Positions 48,191 through 61,346 of a DNA stretch of 64,000 nucleotides are shown here, piece after piece. The stretch covers positions 5,447,527-5,511,526 of the forward strand of contig BDGG01000001.1 in assembly GCA_001949185.1 (NCBI GenBank), read 5' to 3'. Below the pieces are notes generated by a model. It did not search any database and had not been told where the DNA came from. It saw only the letters and a program-made list of their open reading frames with translations. The stretch's first letter is position 1. Each line of letters begins with the position of its first letter. The DNA comes from Ramazzottius varieornatus. Lineage: Eukaryota > Animalia > Tardigrada. Both the position numbers and the translations under genes were made by a program.

Positions 48191-50301
48191 CAGAATCCCG
48201 GTGAACAGATTTAAGAGTCTCGTAATGCCATCCTCCGTCTTCAGCAGCATATAGCCTGCAACAGCCAATTCTTTCGCTTTGTACACCACTACAAGAAAGA
48301 ATTTACCCCTAATTTCAAGATGGCTTTTCAACATCTTCTCCATCCTCGCCAAACCCAGCTATCTTTTTCAGCAGCGAGCGCTTTCCTCCTTCCGAAAATG
48401 CTTCCGAACATACCGACGACACACTACCTGCTCGAGACGTCCGTGTAGCGTTCGGAGATCCGCAAATGGATATTTACACAATGGTGACTGTTTGCAGCTT
48501 CGAAGTTCGATCCGCTCCTGGATCGAGAGCGTCGACGACGCGGAGGTTCGCTGTTTTTACGATCCGACATTCTCGCTTCCTCCGGCCGCCCACACACCTA
48601 GGACGAAGTTCCACAAAGTCGGTGCCAAAAGAGATGAGACATACAACTCACATCCGGTACAGGATCGGGATCTCGTTCTTCTCGGAATGTGGAGGAAGAG
48701 ATCGTATGGCGGACCGAAAACTTTACTCTCAAAACGTCAGTCTCATTTCATGCCGACGAAATAGCGAATCGCCCGACCGAAGCTGTGGAAACTAACGTTT
48801 ATGGCAGGCCGTGTAGTAAAAACAGGGGCGACCCGAAGGGTACGGTCCTTACCCCAGGTTTAGCCTGAATACGCTAAAGCCACGTGTTGCATATGGTTTC
48901 AGCGGATCAAACGGGAATGGCGGCTGCCGCATGTGTCAACCAACTGGAAGCGGGCGCTTCCGGCCGTCGCGTTAGTTTCCCACGTCGTTCCAGGAAACCC
49001 TGGGTTTATCATTTAGGTCAAAAGCTCGAAGGGTGACGCACATACCTACCAGCCAGCCACTCCCGGTCAGGCCCACTTGACCCACTTCCCATCTGCTGGC
49101 CATTGTCTTTCACCAAGGCCTTTCTCTCCGTTTCTTACCTTCAACATCGTGTCGATGAGTTGGGCCCAGTGCAGGTTAATCAGCTGGGATGACCACCTCG
49201 TCAACTGACTCTTCCAGAGGAATAACGTCCAGATCAGTCGTGACACGCTGGCGTCGACGCTCCCAACCTCTCGTGGTCCTTTCTCAGCCGCTCTCTTCAG
49301 CCTCTTCCTCACAGTAACTGGTTTCGGATCATCAACAACGGTGAATCTTTTGGGTATCATCTTCGCACAGATAATCTGAGGGAGAAAAAGGAAGCAGATT
49401 AAAACGAAGTTAATTCACCTAATCAAGGCTACAAAAAGGAGTATCTATCAAACAAAAGCGTGCGACTTATTTGTTTGTCTGCCATCGACCTATATCCTCG
49501 GATGTCGGTACTGTTAGGATATGGACGCAGAGGTAAATAATCACAGTGGTATACCTGAGCATGTATTTTTCCCTGTCTTGGTCGCCTGTAGGTTCTCCAG
49601 AAAAAAATGGTGGCAAGATCTTGTGGTCAGACCATCTGCAGTGACGGCTTCCTGTTGCTGGAAAAAGACGCGTTCAACGACGAAAGGAAACGATATAGTA
49701 GATAAGGCAACGATTTCCGTTCAATATCCCATTAATGTGACGGTGACTTTCTTCAGGTCCCACGGACCTTTAGCTGACCATTGGCTCTGCCGGCGTTGGC
49801 CCGCCCAGTACAGTTTGCCCTGTCTATGGCCGGTGACCGGAAATTTGGTCCCGGTACGGTTATATCTCTGTTCTCATTCCGATTGAAGTGCAACCTATGC
49901 AGGCTTTGGATTCTAGACCGGTTACTTTCCGATTACCGGCCAGTAGTAAGCTGGTAATTGATTCAAGTCGCACTTTCCTGTGGTTGTGTTGTCGCGTACT
50001 TCAGTCTACTGTATTCTCTCCGGAAATGGATGTACGTCACTCAATTCAAAATGTGAAACTGCAGATATAGTCGGTAGGCGGTAGCTCATACGATTGAAAC
50101 AGCTGTGACGCCACAGGATCCAATCAATCCGGAGAGTTCACATTTTGCTTGGTTCAGTTATGAAATCAGCTGTTCAGTGAATGACTCGCACAGACTAAAA
50201 GTATTTTGTCCGACTGCGCTGATTACTTTGTATTTTCTGTCACTTCTCGTCGAACGTTCTTTTCCTACTGAACCTCATTTGCTGTACTCCGAGACTGTAC
50301 T

Positions 50302-51770
50302 ATGGGCAAACTGAAGAATCGGCCACCTAACAAGGATCGTCGGCCGATAGCAACTGCTGTTCCCCAGACTATTCTTCAGCGTCGTGCAGAGATAATTTAC
50401 AAGATGGATCATGGGGTAGTTTTGTTCTGCAGTGTATTACGTTTATTCTTCAATAATGTAGCTGGTTATCTGTACCGTTCCCTTTTTTGTTGTGTAGTTT
50501 AAAGCCGGAGATTTGGCTAACATGTACGACTTGAGCGAATCCAGTATCCGCAGAATATACAAAGATCGACATAAGACTGCGACAGCATTGAAGACAGGAG
50601 AAGTCAGTGTCAGAAAGAGAAAGAAAGCAGTCATCAAGTTGGAGTATCCGGAAGTGGATGAAGGGGTTTTGAAATTCTCAAATGGGCCCGTAAGCGGCGA
50701 ATACCTCTAAGACCTGTATTCCTAACAAACGTGGCCACCTTTATTGCGTCGAGCCTCAAGCTCGAAAGTTTCAGAGGAAGTCAAGGGTGGATGGAAAAGT
50801 TCAAGGAGAGACACGACATCGATCTGAAAACTTTGCATCGTATGAGGAAACATTTTTGGTTTGACTTGTGTACGTTTAACTTGTACACTTTGACTGATTA
50901 GATAGTAAAGCTTGGGTCTTTTGCATAGGTGAAGAGTCGAGTACGGACCTGGTAGCTCTGGAGAACTGGTTCACCGTTGATTTGCCTAAAGTCCAAATGA
51001 ACGTAAATCCACGGAACTTGCTGAACGCTGACGAGACCGGTTTATTTTGGAGAAATGTCGGTGTGAAGTCGCTTATCATTGGAAGACGGCAGGAAACAGG
51101 CGTCAGAATCGCTAAAGACAGAATCACTATCTTCCTTCTTTGTTCTGCAGCCGGTGAGAAGTTCGCAATCTGTGTGATCGGTACAGCAGAGCGACCTCGG
51201 GCGTTTGAAAAGAATGCTGTTCATGATGTCACGGTAGATAAGTATGGATTTTCCTACTATCATAACAGCACGGCTTGGATGACCACCTCAATTTTTAACT
51301 CGTGGTTAGACTGGTTGAATGCGGATATGGTCAAGCAAGATCGCCATGTTCTCTTGGTTGTGGACAACTTTATCGCGCATAAAGTTTCGTCCCGCTCGAA
51401 TGTCATGTCGCACTTCTTCCCCCCGAATTGCACTGCTCGAGCTCAGCCGTTAGATGTTGGAATAATCAAGAGTTTTACAGATTATTTTGAGAAACATCTT
51501 TTTCAACGAGTTTTCGAAAAACTCCCAGTGATCAATGGTGTGGAAGACTTCGTCAAAGCGCTCACGGTGTTTGGTGCTGTCGACTGGGCTATGGAGGCTT
51601 GGAAGAGCGTAAAGCCTTCCACCATTGTTAACTGCTTCCACAAATGTAAAATGGTCGACCAGAAATTTCAAGATGCGGTCGAACCTGAGACGGTGAATGT
51701 TGCTTCGGATCATTCTTCAGTGATGGGCATAGTGCGCGATCTCGTAAGTTTTGATACAGACGAGTTTTAG
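50302..51770 (+). pseudogene. pogo/Tigger (TIGD/CENP-B-like) transposase, DD29D; spliced and frameshifted
   Basis: HTH LANMYDLSESSIRRI, YPEVDEGV, GSQGWMEKFKERHDI, then NADETGLFW, KDRITIFLLCSAAGEK, AWMT, VVDNFIAH and FFPPNCTARAQPLDVGII. Confidence 0.85.
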
Positions 51771-52368
51771 TTGTCTTCTGTTTATTCTGAATTTTATATG
51801 TTAGAGTTTCGTGGGTTACCGTGTTAACCATTCTGTCTCAGCTGTCGTGTGATGTCAGTTTTCTCTGTGAGCTGCCTCTTACTGTGGTTTGACTCCATAA
51901 AACGGCTACTAAAGCTGTCCGTAAATACGTCAAGATCTGACGCCATGCTGGCTTTGTGTAACAGCTACGCTAACACTCTAGTGAACCAGATATCAGTGAC
52001 GTACATCCATTTCCGGAGAGAATACAGTAGTGGTGCCACCACGGTTTTTGTGACCGTTTCTAAAACAGAAACCGAGCGTTTAACAAGAATTACGACTGCG
52101 GCAAAAACAGGAATGATTACGGAAAGAGGGTAAGCGGAGACCGCTCAAACTGTTGCCGGCACACAGTCGACAGAATTATAGAAGCTGAAGGATTAACTGG
52201 ACACCAAGAGGAAAGCTAGGCCTGAAGACCGACACTTCGAATCAGGGAAAACATATTTTCGGACGAGTCCGATGACGGTGGCGACATCGATTGTATTGTT
52301 TTCCATTGAAAACTATTGCACAGGACCGACTCACCCTATATCGAATGGATCCAACTTCTGCTTATGGG

Positions 52369-52826
52369 TAATGGTGAGCATCACACGCAGATGGTCCCTG
52401 TAATGCAAAGTGTAATGTAAAATAGTGTAAGTGTAAAAGTGTAATTACATTTTACACTGGTTTACATTTTACAGAGCGAGCGGTTTGTAACGCCTAAAAG
52501 TGACAAGGAGCGACGAAAACGCCGAACCAGCTATGTCTATGTTTGCATAGAATATAGATCTTAGTAATTGTCTTCCAGACAAAGATAAAAATACGGTTGC
52601 AAAGCGACCATACTCACGAAGTGTCTGACATTTTTCCGCGTTAGTCAGCTGAAGTTTAGAGTTCTGGCGGCAAAATTCTCAAAAATACCGCTGATTCTGG
52701 CAGGTAAGAGTTGTAATTACAGTTGTTTACATTTACATTACAACTTCCCCGTGGCTGTAATGTCGTGCAAAAGTGCAATTGTAATGTAAAAATGTTATTT
52801 AATGTAAATTGTAATGCTCCTCATTA
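52369..52826. mobile_element. hAT-type MITE, copy 2
   Basis: TAATGGTGAGCATCACA...TGTAATGCTCCTCATTA, flanked by CTTATGGG and CTCATGGG (7/8, 8-bp TSD); homologous to 7925-8357. Confidence 0.8.
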
Positions 52827-53513
52827 CTCATGGGACGGTCAGGGTGTCGAAACATAAAAAAGAGATTTGATTGTTGGGATGTGTTGTCACCACGACATTA
52901 CACATCCTCCATTAATTACAGCAGTGATTAAAAATCTATACAACGGTGTAAACTAGTTTATACAAAGTCTGAGGGCTGCTTGTGTTTACACTGATATCGG
53001 TTTAACAAAGAAAGGCATTGGCCAACAAAGGCAAGCCACAGAGCGCTGCGCATTGTGCAAACTTCGATGTATATCCATCGTTCACGTTCAGTCAACGCAT
53101 GGATTCTAGCCGTGCAAAAATGTCAAAGGAGAGGTGAGAATAACAATTCCAGGGCCACTTGTATGTAGTTGGTAAACGGAAATGGGCAACCCACCAAGGA
53201 ACAAGATATGCAGGACGCATTGCACTTGCTCGAAAACAAATGTGTTTCCCGCAGCCTGTCTTTGACTCAGTTTACGATCAAGGTTTTGCTGCGCATAGAT
53301 GCCTCTTCAAGCGAAAGAATACCAGACTGTTTAACGGAGGAAACATCCTTGAAGTGCCATCACTGAAATATTATTTGTTCCTTATCGCCGGTTTGTTTTG
53401 CTTATAAACTCGTGGAGATTAATTTCACTGAGTACTAGTTTTGAGTACTAGTTTCCATCACGGTTCCGATTGCGCTCACCAGATAAGCGGCTCTGCGTAT
53501 CATTTCTTGTTGT

Positions 53514-54714
53514 GTGGACCTGTTACAGCGCAACCAGACTCCACGACATCACCGATTATGTGACCAACGACTGCAACATCGTGGTACCCACGTGTTCAAG
53601 TTCCTGCTGCATCGGGATGAAGACCATCCCACTGGGTTGAAAGAGTTCATACGGGAGTGGCGCAAAGCGGGTGAGAAACCTCCAAAACGTTTTCGTGAAT
53701 CATTGGAATGGTCCATACTCCAAGCCCATGAATGGCTGGAATGGTCTAACAAAACAAGTTCAGCTTACTGCCGTTACTGCGCTTTGGGTTTCACGGTTGG
53801 GGTACCCATGACCAAGAAAGTCGGTGAGTTTGTCAAAATTCCAGTCACCAATTTCTACCAGGCTCCCGAGAACGCAGTTAGGCATGCCAACCGACATTAT
53901 CATATTCAAGCGAAAGCAAATGCTCTTGCATTCAAAGAGACCAACATGTTATCGCTTAATCCCAAAAGAAGCTACAAGGTATCCGTTTTGATTTCGTCAT
54001 CAAAAATCGTCGAACTTCTAGCCAGACAGCGAATTGCTTTCCGCGGTACCAAATGCAAGTTGAAAAGTACGGAAATAAAAATCAGTACGGGTCACGAGCT
54101 TTTCAGTGTTGATGAATGGAGGTTCAGCAACTTTGGAGCGATGAATTTGTTCCGAATGGACTCTGGCGACCTGGACCACAGTGAGTTTGTAAATAATGCA
54201 GATAACTTTCTGCTCTGAAAAGACAATATTCACCAACTTTTGCTTAAAGTTTTCACAACAATACCTGCCCACTCTTAAGGAGCTGACCGGAGCCCTGCAA
54301 GCCAAAAATCTTGACTATAGTGAAATGCTGTCTTCCATCGAGACAACCCATGACTATTTTGCTGTTCTCACCAATACTGCCAATAAGCCGATCGGGGCTT
54401 TTGCGAATGCTGCTGCAACTACATCACGGCTCCTCTCTTCTCACGAAATGACACCTGTCATTCCTAAACCAACTCCGAAGAAGAAGAAGCCTGAAGGTAG
54501 AAACGATCCCGCAGAACACAGACCCCTAAGGGACGTTACAGATGTAGTGAACTGGTTTCGCACCAACGTATTTGTTTCTCACATCAAGAACATGAGAAGA
54601 TTTTTACAAGAACGGTTCGACAAGAACTCCCAAGTGCTGCAGCCGCTGAGATTCCTATACCGTCCCGCGCCCGTCCAACACTGCTCTATTCCGTCCAACA
54701 CTGAATTTCTATAG
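53514..54714 (+). pseudogene. Internally deleted hAT (ZMYM1/DUF4371-type) transposase relic
   Basis: TTF-type finger WLEWSNKTSSAYCRYC...H...H and LLARQRIAFRG...SNF, then a jump to LTGALQAKNLD and FLQERFD; the catalytic core is missing. Confidence 0.65.
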
Positions 54715-56082
54715 CACTGATCTTGGGGAAGTAAACGGCCTTCCAGAAAGATTCGCGGTGAAAGTAGACATTGCGTAAAAGTCAGACTGAGGTAGGAACT
54801 TCCCAGTTCAAGTCGAGGAGCATTTCTTAAATACCAAAAATACACGATACACAGAAGGTTGGACGAACGAAAAGGCACAATAGAGTCATCGACATATGAT
54901 ACTGAGATGGCGATGAAATCACCGGTGAAATCACCGATGATGCAATAAGTGCGGGGATGACTGTGGGTACTTTGCAGCTGCCTGAAGTCACCTGAGCGAC
55001 ACGCCTCCCTCACATCGCGCTACTTGATTTCCGCTCTCGCTTGTTCTGGAAATCCATGATGTTTTCTCCCCGAACCAGCATTGGAGTGAGGGAAAGTTAT
55101 TTCTCTTCACAAAACTACCGACAGAAGAAGCGAAAGAAGTCCTGGCTTCGTCTAATAGAGGGCTAAATCACAGTCCTTGCGAATTATGCTACCCTGCTGA
55201 AATCGCGCGGCCTAGTATCGCTTTATGCCAATGTCCTGAGCCGGAAGGGGCCAGAAGCACGAAACAGTTTCTACACAGAAAGCCGCACAGCACAGAATCA
55301 TGTGGTTTTATACAGTTCAGGGCAAAATTTGACGTGCGAAACACGTTCAAAAGCTAGTCCGGATGAAACAACGGTCTCTCTTTGATCGACGAACTGTCTT
55401 TCAATGTCCTATTGTTTAACGGCTCACAAGCCAAAGATTTGTTTTCGGAGTCTTATGACGCATCGGTGGAAACAACAGGTGAAGTCTATCACTGTAACCA
55501 ACTATTTAGTGAGTGAAAATAAATCTAACTTTGTTTGACAGAGGCAAACGTTAAGAAGATACGGTACGACCGCATGAATCAATTCAAACTAGATAAGAAG
55601 TACCTTTTAGGCCAGACCACCATAAAGTTACGATCCTTGATAGCTTTCAAGACAGTGGATAATCCTGGCGGGTGGGATTTTGATACAGAGACTTTAAGCC
55701 GCAGGACATCTGATGAATATCGTCAGCTACACATTCGTCTTCTGCATGAGGGTATGCGATTGCAAATATCGCTTAAGTGCCCATGCGCTAACCGGTTTTG
55801 TACCTGCGTGTCTTGCACAGGTGGCTGAAAGGCAATATTTGGAAGTGGACAAAGTTTTCAAAAACTGCAGGACCCCACCATCGACGTTTCCAAGGCTATA
55901 CAGTCGGTCGACAAGTTAGTCGAGTACCTCAAAACGAACGCGGTATATACATCCCACCATCGCGGTTTAGTATCTCCCTCCGCGAAGCCGACAAACGATG
56001 GACCGGAACGAAAAATTCCTCGATGGTTCGGACGAAAAACAAAAAAAACTAGCAGCAAGCTCTGGAGTATGGGAAAACAGAG

Positions 56083-56208
56083 GCACCGCCCTTAGTGGAG
56101 CACAACCTTTAGTGGTTCACGGCCCTTAGTGAAGCACGGCCCTTAGTGAAGCACGGCCCTTACTGAAGCACGAACCTTAGTAGAGCACGGCCCTTGGTGG
56201 AGTACGGC
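56083..56208 (+). repeat. 17-bp minisatellite, ~7 copies
   Basis: Consensus GCACGGCCCTTAGTGAA repeated head to tail without spacers. Confidence 0.85.
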
Positions 56209-56715
56209 ACGGTCTTTAATACCAGCTGGACTATGATTTAATTATTCGAATTCAATTTGCTGTCACGTGAGCTGTGACGTCAACGGAAACCTAGACAGAT
56301 AGATTTATTGAGCCTCGACAATCTAGTCGACTGCTTCCTCGATCGTCAGAGGATAACGAAACATAAAAATACAGTACTGACGGCTTTGGCAAGTGGAAGC
56401 GATCGAGACTAACTTCAGAGATTGACACATAGAGATTACAATCCGAGATCAGGCACCAGAAAGGAAGGGAAAAACTCTCACAACCATAGCAGGGAGAGCT
56501 AACTACCAAACAAGGAATGAGGGAGCGTTCTTTCCGCCTTCGTCCAGGTTCTCACTCGTCCATTTCCATGTCCGACTGGCTCCGTCGTTGCCAGTTTGAT
56601 GCTCGAGCTGGTCCATGTGTGTGGTTGGGTTTTTGCTGTCCGTCGCGAGGGTCTTCTTCGCCGACTTGGGCTCGCCCTCCGAACCTGGTAGTACCGACGG
56701 GAGGTCGTGGGTGGC

Positions 56716-57059
56716 GCCATGATGGATATTGGGCGCAAGTTTTTCAATGAGACGGATTTGCCCTTCTTTGGGATAGTCACGAGCTTGGACAAAAGCCACT
56801 CAGCAGGCACGGTGCCTGAGCAGACCATCTCGTTAAAACACGCTAGCATTAAAAGCTGGTAATCGCGATGGTACAGTAGCAGTTTATAGAGTTCGGTGGG
56901 AAGCTTGTCAGGACCACTAGAGCTCTTCGACTGGATATTCATGATGGCTCCTATGAGCTCGTCGAGTGTCAGTGGATCGCGGCAGCTCTTATTTTCTGTC
57001 GTTCGAAAGAGACGTAGTACCGGTTCGTTGACCGGAAGTGCTTCGGTCGGCTGTCCCAT
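56716..57059 (-). mobile_element. Non-LTR retrotransposon reverse transcriptase N-terminal fragment
   Basis: LTLDELIGAI..KSSSGPDKLPTELYK...VPAEWLLSKLVTIPKKGK...NLRPISIM matches the start of a LINE RT; truncated before YADD. Confidence 0.8.
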
Positions 57060-57571
57060 TATCTGGGAGAAGTGCTGTGTAATTTTTTCTACAGAGTCTT
57101 GAACGCGGGCGCTGTAAGGTAAAGTTCATGATAGTCGTTACCTCGTTTACGGTACCGGCTCTCGTATTGCTGATTTCCCCGTGCTGGTCCACGATGTTGT
57201 ATACAAGCTGAGTGGGACATTTCTCGTGGAGGTTCATATGATGAACTGAGTTCAACATGGAGGAAATTACAGTTTTCGCCCCAGTTGCAGTGACCACGTT
57301 TAAAGTTCCGGCACGGGACTGTTTGCCATCACAGATGTCTCCTGACGATCGGTCTGTTTTGAGACGGCCTGCTTGCCATCTGTTGCGAGGTGGCTGTCGC
57401 AGGTGGAAGGCCCTGTGACCCTGAGCCTTGTGGCTTTCTCAATCCTACACGAGTAGGAAAGGCCTGATCTGCGGCGACTGAGTGGAATGAGGGAGCCGGA
57501 AACCGTAGGCTCCCGGTTTGCGGACTTGTGGCATTGGTTACAAGCCCTGCTCTATTCACCTGGCTCTCACG

Positions 57572-58139
57572 CTACTTACGTTCGAGTTCAGCGGTTCTCA
57601 TCGCATCGACTGTTTGTTGCTCGGTAGCAATCCTGCAACGCTGTTCTGCCGCTGCTAGTTTAATTTCGAGCTTGCTTATGATTTCGAGGTACTTCGCCTT
57701 ACTCGCCACTTTTGCGGAGGTTTCGGTAACATATTGTGCCAAGCCATCATGGATTGCGGTGTTACATGAGACTGCCACTGGCTGGTTTCGCGACGAAGTA
57801 CCCAGGTCTGCTCCGCTGCCATCATCGACAGATTTGAGCGAAGTTATGGAGGGCAGAGTATATGCGCATTCCTCGTTCTCCGAGGACAGCAGATCCGCAT
57901 CCGTTTGTCGGATGACCACTGCGTGATCCGTGTCTGCTATGGAGCAATTCACGTGCTCCTCCCACGGTATATCGAGCGTCTTCGGTGCCTGTTCATATGG
58001 AACATCTGCAATTTCTGAATCATACAGTACGTTGCATGCAATCTCGGTAGCGAACGTGAAAATTTTCGGAGCAGTCGTGTGCTCAACGGGTTGCTCGAGA
58101 TCTTGAGCTAAAAGCTTCTTCCCGTCATGTGTGTTCATG
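57572..58139 (-). CDS. Hypothetical coiled-coil protein, possibly ORF1 of the adjacent non-LTR relic
   Basis: Open frame with a C-terminal heptad pattern (ISKLEIKLAAAEQRCRIATEQQ), upstream of and on the same strand as the RT fragment. Confidence 0.3.
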
Positions 58140-58964
58140 ATCGAGGCAACAAAGAGGCGCACTCGATTACGGAGACAGCAAAACAAGTATAGGGATGCAA
58201 GCACAATGACAGCAAAGACGATCCTACAGGTTAAGCGGGCAAGATCAAAGCAGGCCAGATCATGAAACCTTTCCAGGCTCTATAGTATAGATCAGATCAC
58301 GTGATCTGCGCTGTTCGAACGAACGCAAGCCTTAAACACAAGTACAAGCGTGGCACAGTGAAATCAGTCATGCAGCATTTGCAGGCTCTATAGCATAAGC
58401 CTAATCACGTGGTCCACGCAGTTGGATCGAGTCGACACTTCGAGGTGTACGAGCGCATGTTACCTGCCAAGCAAGGAGAATCGATGGTGATAAGTGGAAG
58501 GAAAGCGGCTTACTTGATGCTTTTAACGAAAGAGAAGGAGAGATGGTGGAGGAAAGCAGGAGCGTGGAGACGGGAGCGTGGCGAGAGGATGTTTCGAGAC
58601 ACCAACGGCTGTTGTGGGTCAGCGGTGCTAAGGTTGTAGTGGTCGCTCGAGATCTGCTTCCTTCCCCTTCGTGCTTCCGGAGGTTCTGCTTCTTCCTGGC
58701 TTGCTTGGTGTTACACCAGGATGCGACGATAATGATGGGAAGGTGACGAAAAATATTAAAAAATATTGGAAACATTTTTCACGCTGAACGACTTGATGAA
58801 AAATACAATATTCTGCGAACCTACAATAAAGTTCTCAGAATTTGCAGACATCTTACTACGTGAAGTTTTACTCCTTCAATCTACACAGTGATAAAAGCTA
58901 ACACAAAAAGAACAAATACTCCTCGACGATCAGGTTGTCTTTCCCCTCATTTCGTTTCTCGCCG

Positions 58965-59400
58965 TCACACAGCTTTCTGAAGAGCCAGCCCAGAAAGTAG
59001 AACGGTCAGTAGTCCACCCAGAGCCATCCACGTCCAGGGAGCGAGGCCTCGCTCGTCAACTGGAGTCGTTGTCGACATAACTGTCGACGTGATGGGGCTG
59101 AATGTGGTGTCAATCACTCCAACGGGGTCGAAAGTGACCACGGAGCTGGGGTTGTCCGCTCCGGGAGGAGTAGCGGTAGTGGTGGCTGTGGTGGTGGTAG
59201 TGGTTGTGATCGGTGTGGTCATTGTCGTTAGTGGTGTACGAGCAGAGAAGACGGCGGGTGTAGTGCTCCTGGCCACCCGCGTTACTGCAAGAATATACTT
59301 GCGGGTAAGTCACGATACAGTCTCAAAAGCTGATCGCTGACTTACCCCGGTTACGGAACGCCAACACCAGAAGCTCGTATGGGCTTCGAGTACTGGACAT
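58965..59400 (-). CDS. Small Thr-rich (mucin-like) protein with a C-terminal transmembrane segment; 2 exons
   Basis: GCCACC-ATG at 59400. Exon 59400-59346 splices (gtaag...tgcag) in frame to 59284-58965, giving a poly-Thr stalk then WTWMALGGLLTVLLSGLAL. Confidence 0.45.
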
Positions 59401-61346
59401 GGTGGCGGAAGCTTCCGAAATTTAGGTCAGCAACATAGCCTGTAGGTGTGGATTCACGCAACGTCATGCACAAGCATCGCTTGCATCGAAATATGCTGGC
59501 TTTGAGGAAAGACTGAAGCACATACCTTTTAACATTCCAGAGAGAGATCCTGTTCACAGGGGAAGCAGGAAGGACAAACAAACACCCGAATCACGACGCC
59601 AAGGAAAGTCAAAACTCGAAAGCAGCGACGGATGGGTCATTTACTCAGTGAATTATCGAAACACAGGATGCCTGTGCGATACGAAGTCCAGCCTAAATCA
59701 AGCAGCGGTGATCGATCAATCAATTTTTTGACCATCTTCAGTCTTTAAAAAGCCGCGTTCAAACTGCGTTCGAACACCAGGTCTTCTGTTTCCGGAGGCG
59801 ATGGCCGCACAGCGACGATAAAACTGTCTGTTTCGCCGGTTGGTGGCAGGCTGCACGCGACATTTGCAAAATTTCCGATATTAGAGTGAGTGCACTAAGT
59901 CGCGCACTTCGTAACCGTATGGCCTACAGTCTACAGGGGATTTCGTGATGTCATGCGCAAGTACATCAGTTCTTTTACTTGTTTTTCATCAGAATTTTGT
60001 CCACGGAGAAAACAGTACAAAAACAGTGTGGTCAAAAGACATAAAAGACGGTTCTGCCGGGAGGCTCATTGGGCGTTGGCGATGGCCGTGGCCGCAGTGG
60101 CCTTCTGCCGCTGGACCGCAATCTTGTGGTCTAACCTTAGCCGCTCCCGTTCCAAATCGGCAAGCTTCCCGGCTGTATCCTCAGCCACCGATACGCGGTA
60201 CGCTTGGACCTCATCCACCAGAGGTGGCAGATCGGCCTTGGCGTGCCAGGTTTCGGTGGCATACCCGGTCCACTCGACCTTTTGTACACTGTGCTGTCAA
60301 AACATTTGATCGCCTAATCAAGTGAAAAATTCCAATCAAAGCTGGAGAAGCGAGATATGTTACCATCTCGTCATACAACAACACAACGGCAACCCGCCTG
60401 CTCTAAAACAGAGAGTTCTCAGCCCAGGGCTGTTTCGATGCGCACGAGGAAGGGTCGGGGTCCGGTGGCCTGACATGAGCAAGCCTACAGTGCGAGAAGT
60501 CGTGTCTGGAAGATCGAATAAAGATTACTCACGGCCCATGGCCCAGCAGTTGTTCGTTATTAAATCACGATGCGTTCTTCGTGCTCAAGTGTGAGTTGCT
60601 TCAGTTTTCCCCTACTTCGAAAACCTCGGTGAGGGCTGCAACAATGGGTTCTCGATTCGCGGATCTCTTTTCTTCTCCATTATCTGGACAGCACCACTTA
60701 GCCGCTAGAGCAGATGACCGGCAGGTGATCTTGTTTGATATCCCCGAACCAGTGCCATCGGCCAGCGTGGAAAAGCAACGTTACCAGAACATCACGTTGC
60801 GCGCCCACAGTCTAGGTAGGGAACAGTATTATTCTACTAATGGAAATAGATAACTGAAAATAGCCGAAAACTGGAACTTTTGAATTTTACTATAATAGTT
60901 AAAATTATGAAATCGAGACGACAAATTTTACTATATAGTGAAATTAGACCCAGAAGTCAATAGTAAAATAGGTAATTAAAATCCGTACTTGCAGCAATTA
61001 AAATGATTAAAATTTGGAAGAGCTGGGCTTCGAATTTTAATTATGGCAAGATGCCTAGCAAATCCACAGTGAATTGTACCACGAAAATCCCTTAGTGATA
61101 TAATCCCGGACGAGAGCTGGTTAATCAGTACAGGAGATGGATACCGAGCGCTGATTCTAAATTTCAGCTTCAGTTAAATTGACGTACTCGATTACGCAAT
61201 CTCATACCGTGAATTTGGTGCATTGATTATTCGACTTGATTTAAATATAGTGATATCTGTTAGACTCGCAGTTTGCTCTTCTTTTCCTACCGTTCGTACT
61301 TCAATTGGTATTCTTGGTTCTCGGCCATATAATTTTAGCATCAGCC

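Noticed and set aside
56083-56208. Possible CRISPR-like array
   Set aside because: The units are contiguous with no unique spacers, the context is eukaryotic and there are no cas genes.
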